Below, one piece after another: positions 19,916 to 29,295 of a stretch of DNA of 64,000 nt. Made by a program: the position numbers and the translations under genes. How positions within the stretch are numbered: the first letter of the stretch is position 1; the number at the start of each line of letters is the position of its first letter. Under the pieces are notes generated by a model that did not search any database, had not been told where the DNA came from, and saw only the letters and a program-made list of their open reading frames with translations. Source of the DNA: Deltaproteobacteria bacterium (GTDB taxonomy: Bacteria > Myxococcota_A > UBA9160 > SMWR01); the NCBI GenBank assembly GCA_032128115.1, contig JAQBHB010000031.1:64001-128000 (forward strand). Reading direction: 5' to 3'.

Positions 19916-21238
19916 CTACATGGAGCCGCGAATCTGGCGATCCGTGCGCCGATCCAGGGCCGCAAGCGTCCCATTCAGGAGCCGGGCCCCCAGCCAGCGC
20001 AAAGGCTCGGGCGGCCACGACAACACCCGCCGTTGCAGGGCCTGTTCGGCCTCGTGTTCCCGGCCGAGCACGCGCTCGCTCAACAGGGCGCCCATCAGCG
20101 TGGCCTGGGCCACGCCGTGGCCGGCAAAGCCCACGCCGTACCAGATATTGCGGTGACGACCTTCGCAGCCCAAAGCCGGCAGGAAGTCCAGGGTGAGGCC
20201 GATCCAACCCCCCCAGAACGAGTCCACCGGAAGCGCCCGCAGGCTGGGGAAGCGCGCCCGGAAGGCCGACTCGATGATCCGGAAGGCGTCGGGATCGTAG
20301 GCCGCGGGAAGCCGGCTCCCGTATCGGTATCGCACGCATTTCGATCCCCCGACGATCGTGCCCCGCGCCGTCAGCCGGTAGCTCTCCAGCACCTGGTGAG
20401 CCGTGTAGATGCCCTCGCGCCCGTCCCAGCCGACTTCTGCCCGCTGCTCCTGGCTGAGCGGCTCGGTTTCGAACAGCGAGACCCGCAGTGGCGCGACCAA
20501 GCGCGGCTTCCAGCCCGTGGCGCGGGTGTACGCGTTCGTCGCCAACACCGCCGTGTCGGCCTTCACCGATCCGCGCCCGGTTCGCGCGATCACTCGCGGC
20601 CCGGGCACGAGCGACGTCAGCGCCGATCTCTCGAACAGCCGCACCCCAGCGGCCAGCGCCGCCGCCCGCAGGCCCATCACGTAGCGGCCCGGGTGCAGGG
20701 TGCCCCCCCGCTCTTCGAGCACGCCGCATTGGACGGCGGCGGGGAGCCGGCGCTCGCGAACCTCTGCGGGAGACAGGAACCGGACGCAGGCCCCGAGCGT
20801 TGCCGCTGCCTCGGCTGCCTTGCGGAGTTTCGGTTCCTGCGCGGGATGTACGCCGGCCAACAGGTTCCCGCTGGGATCGTACTCACACTCGATCCCGTGC
20901 TTCCGGATCACCTCTTCCACGTGCTCCACGGCCGTGTCGGCGAAGCGCACGAGCGCGCGCGCGCGCTCGCGACCGAACATCCGCAGCAGCGTGGGAATGT
21001 CCTTCCCGATGGTGGGGGTCAGGTGGCCGGCGTTGCGACCGCTGGCGCCAGAACCGGCGAATCCCTGTTCGAGCAGCGCCACCTCGATTCCCTGGGCGCG
21101 CAGGCCGAGCGCCGTCGAAAGGCCCGTGTAACCGCCTCCCACCACGACCACGTCAGCCTCCACATCGCCTTCCAGCGGCGGCTGCAGGTCGTCGGGCTCG
21201 CGGACCCAGGGACTGATCTCTTCGAAACGAAAGCTCAA
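19916..21238 (-). CDS. FAD-dependent oxidoreductase (DAO/PuuB-like)
   Basis: VVGGGYTGLSTA, GASGRNAG, LHPGRY, GFAGHGV; probable TTG start after GGAGG, start uncertain. Confidence 0.85.
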   Translation of the reverse strand: MSFRFEEISPWVREPDDLQPPLEGDVEADVVVVGGGYTGLSTALGLRAQGIEVALLEQGFAGSGASGRNAGHLTPTIGKDIPTLLRMFGRERARALVRFADTAVEHVEEVIRKHGIECEYDPSGNLLAGVHPAQEPKLRKAAEAAATLGACVRFLSPAEVRERRLPAAVQCGVLEERGGTLHPGRYVMGLRAAALAAGVRLFERSALTSLVPGPRVIARTGRGSVKADTAVLATNAYTRATGWKPRLVAPLRVSLFETEPLSQEQRAEVGWDGREGIYTAHQVLESYRLTARGTIVGGSKCVRYRYGSRLPAAYDPDAFRIIESAFRARFPSLRALPVDSFWGGWIGLTLDFLPALGCEGRHRNIWYGVGFAGHGVAQATLMGALLSERVLGREHEAEQALQRRVLSWPPEPLRWLGARLLNGTLAALDRRTDRQIRGSM

Positions 21239-21369
21239 AGTACCTCCGGCGGGGTCATCATCACGTCCGCCCCCGACGCCACTGTCTCGCTCGCCGGCTG
21301 CGCTTGTCAACTCCCCCAGGGCTACCACGTCGCGGGCCGGATCGGCACGCCGAGCTCAGAACGCCAGGT

Positions 21370-23307
21370 TCAGGGCGTGTACCAGATGGGGGAGGTCCAG
21401 GCGCGCTCCTGGATCACCGGCTGGTGGTCCTCCGCGCAGCAACCCTGCAGGCCCGGGGGAATCGTGTCCGGCGCATCGCATTCGACCCCGGCCGCGTTGC
21501 ATACGTACTGGCTCCACCGGCAGGTCGGGTTCTCGAGCACGCGACCGTAGTAGAAGGCGGGCACGGACGGATCGAACGCCGGGTCGCTCCAGACGGCACA
21601 CAGACTGGCGGCACCGTCGCCGTGGCGCTCGCAGGTGGCCGTGTCGACCCCGGCGCGGTTCTCGCCACCCGCGATGCCCACGACGCTCTCGCGAAGCTCC
21701 CCGTCCTCGATCCAACCCTTCACGATCTGCAGTCGCTGCAACGGTGCGGCCTCGGCCCAGGGATCCCGAAAGGCGGACATCGCCAGGCGCGGTGCGCCGT
21801 CTGCCCTTCTCGTCGGCAGGTCGCCGCCCATGGGAACGCCGTGGGCGTAGCCCTGTGCGGCGAAGTCCTGGCGGGCGCAGAGATCCTCGGGAAAGCCCCA
21901 GCCTCCGAAGAGGCGCACCACCGGCCGCGTGCCGCTGGTTCCATAGGCTTCTCGCCGACGCATGGCGGCGAACAGGGCGTCGCGGTTGTTCTCCTCGGCC
22001 CAGAACACGGCCAGGCCCCCCGGGTTGAACTCCAGGTCGTCGGGAAAGCCCACGGGAACCGCGTCCCCCGCCGCCAGCCCCGCGCCACCGTGGCCAGGGT
22101 GGTCCTTCTCGGCGGTGAGACCGGGTGCCGCGATGTGCGTATCGGTGCTGGCCACGATTCCGTACTTGAGACCGTTCGCGCCCAGGGTGGACTGCTGGCG
22201 CAGCCCTTCCAGCAAGGCCCAGCGCACGAAATTCCTGGGACCCGCCGGCTGGTTCCTCGCGAAGATCGAAAACTTGGGGCCGAAACGATCGTAGGCGAGC
22301 TTCTCGAAGCCGCAGGCCTCGTCGTTGCTGCCCAATCCCAGTTGGCACTCGGAGTCGCCCTTGTGCTGCATGATCTCGATCAGCGGCTCCCAGCGGGCGC
22401 GCCGATGCGCTTCGTCCGCATCCACCGGCCGATCCGCGTCGCTCGCCCGGGCCAGATGCGCGCTTGCGAACATCAGGTCGGCGCTGAGGTTCGAGTTGTG
22501 CGGAATCGTGATCGCGTCGCAACCGGGAATCCCGTCGACGCACTGGGTCTGCAGGTGATCCCACAGGTCCGATGCGCTGGGTGTATCGACCCAGCTGATG
22601 GGAAGCTCTGGAACCTTCGCGTTCCGGAAGATCACGTTGCGGTGCAGGTTCTTGCCGTCGTCGACGATGGCGGTCCACTCGTAACCCACGAAGCTGGTGA
22701 AGCCGCAGCTGGCGCTGCGGTCGTAGGCCTCCTCGGCAGCGGCCTGGATGTCGCGCCACACCTCGCCGCCGGCCTCCAGGCAGTGCTCCCAGCCATCTCC
22801 GCAGAATCCCCAGTGCGACTTCAGGATCAGGGTCCGCAGCGCAATCAGGCGGAACGCAAGGTCCGCGTGGTTGCGGTGGATCCAGCAGATGAGCGAGCCG
22901 AAGCCGGGAGAACCAGGCGTCATGCACAGGCTCACGTCGCCGAGCAACTCCGCGTGGTCGGTCACGACCACGAAGTCGAGTGGCCGCTCCAGGCGCACGC
23001 TGCGCAATGCGCGACCATTTTCGTCGTAGGGCTGGATCCCGAGGGTCTCGCCCCGAGCGAAGCGATAGGCATCGCGCGGTGTGTTTCGCGTGTCCTGGGT
23101 GCTGGCGTCGAACGAGTACGCCGTATGCACGTGGGTGTCGCCGAAGAAGGGGCGACGCAGGGGATCAGGGTCGCTACAGGGCTCGCGCTCCTCGCTCAGG
23201 GTGTAGGAGCGGGATTCCGCCGGCGCCGGATCCGCCGCGCCAGGCGCGCCTCCGAAGACAATTGCGAGGAAAGCGCCGACCCGCACGGGACCGCGTCCCA
23301 TGGCCAC
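21370..23307 (-). CDS. DUF3604 domain-containing exported protein (PHP-like metal-binding)
   Basis: FFGDTHVHTAYSFDA, LDFVVVTDHAE, GYEWT, NLHRNVIFR, IPHNSNLS, EIMQHKGDSEC, STDTH, QERAWTSPIWY. Confidence 0.9.
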   Translation of the reverse strand: MAMGRGPVRVGAFLAIVFGGAPGAADPAPAESRSYTLSEEREPCSDPDPLRRPFFGDTHVHTAYSFDASTQDTRNTPRDAYRFARGETLGIQPYDENGRALRSVRLERPLDFVVVTDHAELLGDVSLCMTPGSPGFGSLICWIHRNHADLAFRLIALRTLILKSHWGFCGDGWEHCLEAGGEVWRDIQAAAEEAYDRSASCGFTSFVGYEWTAIVDDGKNLHRNVIFRNAKVPELPISWVDTPSASDLWDHLQTQCVDGIPGCDAITIPHNSNLSADLMFASAHLARASDADRPVDADEAHRRARWEPLIEIMQHKGDSECQLGLGSNDEACGFEKLAYDRFGPKFSIFARNQPAGPRNFVRWALLEGLRQQSTLGANGLKYGIVASTDTHIAAPGLTAEKDHPGHGGAGLAAGDAVPVGFPDDLEFNPGGLAVFWAEENNRDALFAAMRRREAYGTSGTRPVVRLFGGWGFPEDLCARQDFAAQGYAHGVPMGGDLPTRRADGAPRLAMSAFRDPWAEAAPLQRLQIVKGWIEDGELRESVVGIAGGENRAGVDTATCERHGDGAASLCAVWSDPAFDPSVPAFYYGRVLENPTCRWSQYVCNAAGVECDAPDTIPPGLQGCCAEDHQPVIQERAWTSPIWYTP

Positions 23308-23392
23308 CTCCTGGTGCGGGAACCAGGTGGCATTCTACACCCTGGCCGGGCCGGGGTTGGATGGGGCGGGGCGGGGCGAGGCGGGACGGTCG

Positions 23393-23944
23393 TCAACCCC
23401 GAAGCTGGAGCGCGAAGTCGCGCAGCGCGCTGGCGTCGGTGAAGGTGAACTCCACCTGGCCAAGGCGTACGCTGTCGCCGGGCTTGAGCGGCGTGGGCGG
23501 CCCGCCCTCTCGAGTGGCCACGCTTTTCCCGTTCACGGTGGTGCCGTTGGTGGAGCCCATGTCGTGGAGCACGAAGCCGCCGTTCGGACCGATCTTGGTA
23601 AACGCGTGACAACGGGAGACGCTGGGGTCGGGCACTACCACGTCCTGCGACGACTCGCGGCCCAGGGTCACCAGGTGTCCGGGCCCACCTCCCTGCGGTC
23701 GCAGCGGAAACACCACCACCGACACACTCGCCGTGTGGAGCCCCGGGTCGGGGTCGTCGTCGAGCCTCAGCTCGGTGCCGCTCACGACCCCATCGCTCTG
23801 GAATCGGGCCGTCGTGACCATCAGGAAGCCTCGTCCGTACCTCGCCTCGAAGGCTTCCAACCCGAGATTCTTGGCGTCTTCGCCCAGGGCCTCGATGGGC
23901 AACGCCGAGCCCGGCAGCTGCGATCCGAGGGGTCCCTGGGGCAT
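23393..23944 (-). CDS. FHA domain-containing protein
   Basis: Canonical FHA residues LGR..SVSRCHA..DMGSTNGTTVNG; ATG at 23944 follows AAGGGGG. Confidence 0.85.
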   Translation of the reverse strand: MPQGPLGSQLPGSALPIEALGEDAKNLGLEAFEARYGRGFLMVTTARFQSDGVVSGTELRLDDDPDPGLHTASVSVVVFPLRPQGGGPGHLVTLGRESSQDVVVPDPSVSRCHAFTKIGPNGGFVLHDMGSTNGTTVNGKSVATREGGPPTPLKPGDSVRLGQVEFTFTDASALRDFALQLRG

Positions 23945-24038
23945 ACCCCCTTTTTCGACACGATCGCGCACCGGCTTGAGGTCGCCCGGGTCGAACGTGA
24001 TAAAATTCGCCCCTGAGCCGGCCACGGCTTCGATTCCC

Positions 24039-25190
24039 ATGCAAAAGAAGCTGGCGAACGCCCTGCTGATCGTCCTGTTCGCAGCGGCAATCGTGCGCAC
24101 GATCGCGATGGTGGCGCAGGACCCCGAGCTCGAGTGGGACATGCTGGCCTACATGGCCCTGGCGGTGTCGTGGGAGAGCGACGACCCAGTCGAGATCCAC
24201 CGCCGCACCTACGAGACCGCCGAACGCGAACTCGACAGCCAGAGTTTCCGCAAGCTCACCCGCAGCGGCGTTCGCCGCGCCCGCTACGAGAATCCCGGCG
24301 TTCTCTACGAGCACCTGGCGTTCTACCGGTCTCGTGTTCTCTACACGCTGCCCGTCTACCTCCTGCACCGGGCCGGCGCTCCCCTGAGCGACGCCACCTG
24401 GTGGATGTCGCTGGCGGCCTGGGCCGGAACGGCGGTCCTGATCCTGTTGTGGTGCGAGCGCCATCTGCCCCTGTGGCTGGCGGTACCCGTGGCCCTGGGG
24501 TTCGCCCACGCGCCGCCCCTGCTGGAGGTCGCCCGGCAGTCGACACCCGATGCCCTGTTCGTGGCGGCCGTGACGTCTGCCGTATTCGCACTGGTGGAGT
24601 TGCGGTCGTTGCGCGTGGCGGCGGGGATCCTGCTGGCGAGCCTGCTGGTTCGAGGCGACGCCATCCTCTTCATCTTCTTCCTGGTGGGGGCACTGGTCGT
24701 TCTCGGCCCGGCCGCCGCGCGGCTGCGCCTGGCCCCGGCCGCAGCAGCGCTCGCTGCGGCCACCGCGATCTACGCCACTGCGAGCCTCTCCAGCGGCTAC
24801 TACGGCTGGTGGCCGCTGTTCACGATCGGGTTCCTGGGAAAGCACGCCCACCCGAGCTCGATCCCCACTACGCCGGACCTGGTCGCCTACGCCGAGGTTC
24901 TCGTTTCCCAGGTTGCAGCCACCACCGGGTCGATCCTGTTCGTGTACGGCGCGCTCGCGCTGCTGGGCCTCGCCTACGCGCACCGATATCGAAGGGATTC
25001 GATCACAGCGGCCCGCTGTGCCGCGGTGATGCTGGCGTTCCTCGTCAGCTACGCCGTGCGCTACCTGCTGTTTCCCGCCCTGTGGGAGCGGTTCTTCGTG
25101 CCCTTCAGCGTGCTGGTGCCGCTGCTGCTGATCACACTCGTGGCGGGAGAACGACGGCCCGGCGATTCCGATCAGGGGCCGGCCGGATAG
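24039..25190 (+). CDS. Polytopic membrane protein, possibly a GT-C-fold glycosyltransferase
   Basis: ATG at 24039; about 10-11 hydrophobic helices; WDMLAY acidic motif after TM1. Confidence 0.65.
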   Translation: MQKKLANALLIVLFAAAIVRTIAMVAQDPELEWDMLAYMALAVSWESDDPVEIHRRTYETAERELDSQSFRKLTRSGVRRARYENPGVLYEHLAFYRSRVLYTLPVYLLHRAGAPLSDATWWMSLAAWAGTAVLILLWCERHLPLWLAVPVALGFAHAPPLLEVARQSTPDALFVAAVTSAVFALVELRSLRVAAGILLASLLVRGDAILFIFFLVGALVVLGPAAARLRLAPAAAALAAATAIYATASLSSGYYGWWPLFTIGFLGKHAHPSSIPTTPDLVAYAEVLVSQVAATTGSILFVYGALALLGLAYAHRYRRDSITAARCAAVMLAFLVSYAVRYLLFPALWERFFVPFSVLVPLLLITLVAGERRPGDSDQGPAG

Positions 25191-26119
25191 CGCTTCGACA
25201 GGCTCTCCACCACTTCCGCGAACTGGGCGGCGGTCTCGCGAATGATCTCGGCCACCGGCCGCACCGCGTCGATGCGCCCCGCCACCTGGCCCGTCAGCGC
25301 GACGCTGGCCTCCATGTCTCCCCCGAAGTAGAGGTCCATGGCGCGTCCGAATTCGTTCATCACATTGTGCTCGACGTACTCGAGCGATTCGCTGTGTGCC
25401 GTGCGCAGGCAGCGCAGCCCCGGGCCCACGCGGCGGTTCAGGAAGATCGTGTCGGTCTCGGCTGCGTCCACCACCGCCTGCTTCCAGTTGGCGTGGACCG
25501 GCGACTCCAGTGCCGAGACCATGCGCGTTCCCATCTGCACGCCCTCGGCGCCCAGGGCAAAGGCCGCCGCCATGGTGGCCCCATCCAGCATGCCACCCGC
25601 GGCGATTACCGGAACCCGGACCTTCGAACACACCAGTGGGAGCAGCACCATGCTGGCCACGTCGCGCGGGTTCTTGAAACCACCGCCCTCGCCACCTTCC
25701 ACCACCAGGCCGTCTACGCCCGCCTCCACGGCCTTGAGCGCGCCGCGCAGGGTTGGCACCACGTGGAAGACGGTGAGGCCTGCCTGCTTCAGGGCGGCGG
25801 TGTACTTCGTGGGGCTACCCGCCGAGGTGGTAACGAATTGCACGCCCTGATCCACCACGAACTGCACGATGTCCGGATCCCGCACGAAGGCCTGGGCAAT
25901 GTTGACACCGAAGGGCTTGTCGGTGAGATCGCGCATCTTGCGGATCTCCTGCTTCACCACGTCGAGCTCGCCGGATGAGGTCTCGATGATCCCCATGGCG
26001 CCCGCGTTGGAAACGGCGGATGCCAGCTGGGATCGGGCGATCCAACCCATGGGAGCCTGGACGATGGGGATTTCGATCCCCAGCATCTCGGTTACGCGGT
26101 TGCGAAATTGCACGACCAC
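25172..26119 (-). CDS. Nitronate monooxygenase / FabK-like FMN oxidoreductase
   Basis: PIVQAPMG, AVSNAGAMG, PFGVN, EGGEGGG, PVIAAGG, GVQMGTR, GQVAGRI. Confidence 0.9.
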   Translation of the reverse strand: MVVQFRNRVTEMLGIEIPIVQAPMGWIARSQLASAVSNAGAMGIIETSSGELDVVKQEIRKMRDLTDKPFGVNIAQAFVRDPDIVQFVVDQGVQFVTTSAGSPTKYTAALKQAGLTVFHVVPTLRGALKAVEAGVDGLVVEGGEGGGFKNPRDVASMVLLPLVCSKVRVPVIAAGGMLDGATMAAAFALGAEGVQMGTRMVSALESPVHANWKQAVVDAAETDTIFLNRRVGPGLRCLRTAHSESLEYVEHNVMNEFGRAMDLYFGGDMEASVALTGQVAGRIDAVRPVAEIIRETAAQFAEVVESLSKRYPAGP

Positions 26120-26126
26120 CGCCGGG

Positions 26127-27359
26127 TCACCCGACGGAAGCGTCGGGATCGGAGTCCGCCGCCACCCTGGTCAGGTGTTCGATCTGCCCGTCGTCGCGGC
26201 GGTGGAGCACATCGTTGTAGTCGTTGGCACCGCGGTGGTTGAAGGCGTCCGGCCGTTCCCAGGCAGTGACGGCGCTGATGCGATAGGCATCGAGATCGCT
26301 GCGCGTGGGCGGCGGCGCCACGTGCATGCTGTCGCCGTAGTGAAGCGAGACGTCACCCGGCCGAGCCGAGAACGAGGCCCCGCGCGGCGCCTTGGGGTCG
26401 TTGGCGTCCAGGTACCCGCAGCTGCTCTGCCAGGAGCCCGGCAGCATCTTGAGCTCACCCGTCTCGGGGTTGGCGGGCGTGAGGTACACCGACGCCAGCA
26501 ACACGGGGCACATGACCGAGTGTCCGCCCATCCCGCAGTCGCGGTGCCACGGAATGTCCGAGAGCCCTTCGGTCATCTGCGGGTTCTTGAAGATGACCGT
26601 GACCCCCTGCTCCGGCGTCTCCCGGCGGCGCTGCACGAGCTTCTCGTCGGCGAGCTCCACGAACTTCAAAAGACGCGGGTCGCCGGAAAGACTGCGCAAG
26701 GCGGGCTTCGCAGCCGCCCGGGTCACGCGACACAGGATCTCGTCACCGGCCGCGTTCTTGCCCCACCAGGAGAGTTTGTCGCCCTTCACGGCCTCGCTGC
26801 GCAACTCCGCGGCTTCGGCCAGGAGGCGCTTCACTTCGTCGTCGCGGAAGACGTCGCGCACGAACAGGTATCCTGCGGTGCGCAGGAAGTGCGCCATCTC
26901 CTCCGGATCCCCGACGAGCGAGAATGACTTCTCTACGTCCAAGGGGTTTCCGCGCTGGTCGCGCAGATCCACCCGGTCGACGTCGTAGATCGGAACGCCG
27001 CGGAAGATCGACCGCAGCCCCGGCTCCCAGGCCACGAACTTCATGGTCTGACCGCGCACGCACTTCAGTCGGCCCGCATACAGGAGCCCCGGCGCCGACT
27101 CGTAATCGTGAACCAGGCCCTCCCAGGCATCGTGCGCAAGCTCGATCACCGTGTCTGCGCGGTCATCCCCCGGTTCCACCCGGAGGTACTCGCCATCCAG
27201 GGCGTAGGTGTACGCATCCCCCCCTGGCAGACGGAACGCCAGGCTCCCGTGCGCGCGGGCGACACGGGCCACGGCCCCCTCCGCCCGGGCCAGGCGTTCG
27301 GGAAGCTCGTGAAGATGGAATTCGCGAAAATCCAGGCTCTGGAAGCCGGGAACTGCCAT
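26127..27359 (-). CDS. Phytanoyl-CoA dioxygenase (PhyH) family protein with an N-terminal SCP2-like domain
   Basis: PWHRD (HxD), GELKMLPGSW, PGDVSLHYGDSMHVAP; N-terminal ADTVIEL..LLYAGRLKCVRG resembles SCP2. Confidence 0.8.
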   Translation of the reverse strand: MAVPGFQSLDFREFHLHELPERLARAEGAVARVARAHGSLAFRLPGGDAYTYALDGEYLRVEPGDDRADTVIELAHDAWEGLVHDYESAPGLLYAGRLKCVRGQTMKFVAWEPGLRSIFRGVPIYDVDRVDLRDQRGNPLDVEKSFSLVGDPEEMAHFLRTAGYLFVRDVFRDDEVKRLLAEAAELRSEAVKGDKLSWWGKNAAGDEILCRVTRAAAKPALRSLSGDPRLLKFVELADEKLVQRRRETPEQGVTVIFKNPQMTEGLSDIPWHRDCGMGGHSVMCPVLLASVYLTPANPETGELKMLPGSWQSSCGYLDANDPKAPRGASFSARPGDVSLHYGDSMHVAPPPTRSDLDAYRISAVTAWERPDAFNHRGANDYNDVLHRRDDGQIEHLTRVAADSDPDASVG

Positions 27360-27486
27360 GGCGACCTCCGGTGGTTCCCAGCATACATCGATTCGGATCG
27401 TCCAGGCGGCGAGGCCACTGGGTTCGGATGCTCGGATTCTGCGCCTGCCCTATCGTGGGCGCACTCCGAATACAGGGTGTCGAATC

Positions 27487-28413
27487 ATGCTCCGAATCGC
27501 GCTGGCGCTGTTTCCCCTGGTTGTCGCTGGTGTTCTGGCCACACCGGCTGCCGCCGTCGAGGAAACCATCCGGATCGTCGGGTCCGGGTACACCGTGCTC
27601 CCGTTGGTGCGGAAGTGGATCGCAGCCTTCCGCGAGATCGAGCCGGACGTCCTGGTGGAGGCCCTGGGCGAGGGCAGTTCCATGGGGCCCGCCGCCCTGA
27701 TCTCGGGCCGCGCGCAGGTTGCGGCCATGTCCCGGCCCATGAGCAAGGGCGAGATCGCGGTCTTCGTGGATCGTCTGGGCCACGAGCCCCTTGGCGTTCC
27801 GGTGGGAGTGGACGCGATCGCGATCTACGTCAACACGGCGAACCCGCTGGACAAGATCACGCTGCCCCAGCTGGATGCCATCTATTCGGAGACTCGCCGG
27901 TGCGGAGCTCCGAAGGCGCTCAGGAAGTGGGGCGACCTGGGGATCGAGGGCGAGCTCGCGGAGATGCCGATCGGCCTGTACGGGCGCCGCGCCGAGTCGG
28001 GGACCGGGGGCTCCTTCCAGACGGCCGCGTTGTGCGGCGGCGTGCTGCAGGGCGGGATGATCGAAACGGAGGGCGGAGGCGCCGTGGCCGCGGTGATCTC
28101 GCAGGCGACGACTGGGATCGGCTTCGGCGGTCGCCCCACGGAAGATGTGGGTGCGCGGATCCTGGCGCTGGCGAGGACCGACCAGGGGCCGTTCCTGCTG
28201 CCGGAACCGGCGAACCTGCGCTCCGGCCAGTATCCGATGACGCGACAGCTCCTGCTCTACACCGACCAGCCACCCGGAAAGCCGCTTGCTCCGGGCGTGG
28301 CAGCCTTCCTGCGCTTCGCCCTCTCGCCCGCGGGTCAGACGATCGTCGAAAACGCCGGCTTCCTGGCAGCCACACCGGAGAGCCTGGCCGATAGCCTGAA
28401 GCGGATCCCGTAG
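27487..28413 (+). CDS. pstS: PstS-family phosphate-binding periplasmic protein (no pstCAB nearby)
   Basis: IVGSGYTV, GEGSSMG, AAMSRPM, DAIAIYVN, GRRAESGTG, YPMTRQLLLY; signal peptide. Confidence 0.8.
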   Translation: MLRIALALFPLVVAGVLATPAAAVEETIRIVGSGYTVLPLVRKWIAAFREIEPDVLVEALGEGSSMGPAALISGRAQVAAMSRPMSKGEIAVFVDRLGHEPLGVPVGVDAIAIYVNTANPLDKITLPQLDAIYSETRRCGAPKALRKWGDLGIEGELAEMPIGLYGRRAESGTGGSFQTAALCGGVLQGGMIETEGGGAVAAVISQATTGIGFGGRPTEDVGARILALARTDQGPFLLPEPANLRSGQYPMTRQLLLYTDQPPGKPLAPGVAAFLRFALSPAGQTIVENAGFLAATPESLADSLKRIP

Positions 28414-28416
28414 CGC

Positions 28417-29295
28417 TCAGATCGAGTCGGACAATCCCCGCACGAACAGGGGCTCGATGCCCAGGCGGGCGACGTCGCGCTGCATCGCCGTGACCGACGG
28501 CGACTCTCCCCTGTCGCCCGCGGCCTTCAGGATCTCGGGCAGGAGGGTCGCATCGCTCGACGTGTTGAGGAACAGATCCGGAGTCTTCAACACGTAGGCT
28601 ACGGCGCGGTGGATGGCGTCGCGATCGCGAAGCGGTTCGTACCAGCTGAAGTGCGGGCTGGAATCGTCGGTCCAGCGTCTGCGCGCCACCGACTTGATGG
28701 TCTGCACGGCCGTCTTGCGCCGTCGACACAGGGCCAGAAGTTCCTCGAAGTCGGCCCGGTATTCCGGGTTCGACATCAGCGTGAAGTTGCAGGGCAGCAG
28801 AACCGAGTCGAAGTCGAACTTCTGGAGGCTGCGCAGGTGCATGGCGGCGACCCGGGTGCCGTGACCCGTCACGCCGATGAACCGGATCTCTCCCCTCTTG
28901 CGCGCAGCCACGGCCGCTTCCAGAGCGCCACCGGGCCCCAGCGCCGTTCGCCACTCGTCCTCATCGACCAGGTTGTGGAGTTGGAACAGGTCGATCTGCT
29001 CGACGCCCAGCCGTTGTAGGGAACTCTCGAGCCCCTGGCGCGCTCCCTCGGCGCTGCGCTCCCGGGTCTTGGTGGCGAGAAAGAACTCGTGGCGATGGCC
29101 CTGCATCCACGGCGCGATGCGAAGCTCCGAATCGCCGTAGCCGGCCGCCGTGTCGATGTGATTGATCCCGTGCTCGAGAAGCGTCTCCAGCACCCGGTCG
29201 GCCCGCTCCTGGCGCATGCTGCCCAGGGCGGCGGCGCCGAAGAGGGCCCGGCTGCTGTCGTGCCCCGTCCGTCCAAAAAGCATGCGTTCAATCAA
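28417..29295 (-). CDS. Aldo/keto reductase
   Basis: FGRTG, GINHIDTAAGYGDSE, FLATK, SLQRLGVEQIDLFQLH, RFIGVTGH. Confidence 0.92.
   Translation of the reverse strand: MIERMLFGRTGHDSSRALFGAAALGSMRQERADRVLETLLEHGINHIDTAAGYGDSELRIAPWMQGHRHEFFLATKTRERSAEGARQGLESSLQRLGVEQIDLFQLHNLVDEDEWRTALGPGGALEAAVAARKRGEIRFIGVTGHGTRVAAMHLRSLQKFDFDSVLLPCNFTLMSNPEYRADFEELLALCRRRKTAVQTIKSVARRRWTDDSSPHFSWYEPLRDRDAIHRAVAYVLKTPDLFLNTSSDATLLPEILKAAGDRGESPSVTAMQRDVARLGIEPLFVRGLSDSI

Noticed and set aside
23353..23376. G-quadruplex-like GGGG-N-GGGG run upstream of the DUF3604 gene
   Set aside because: Matches the pattern, but is plausible by chance at this GC content and has no other support
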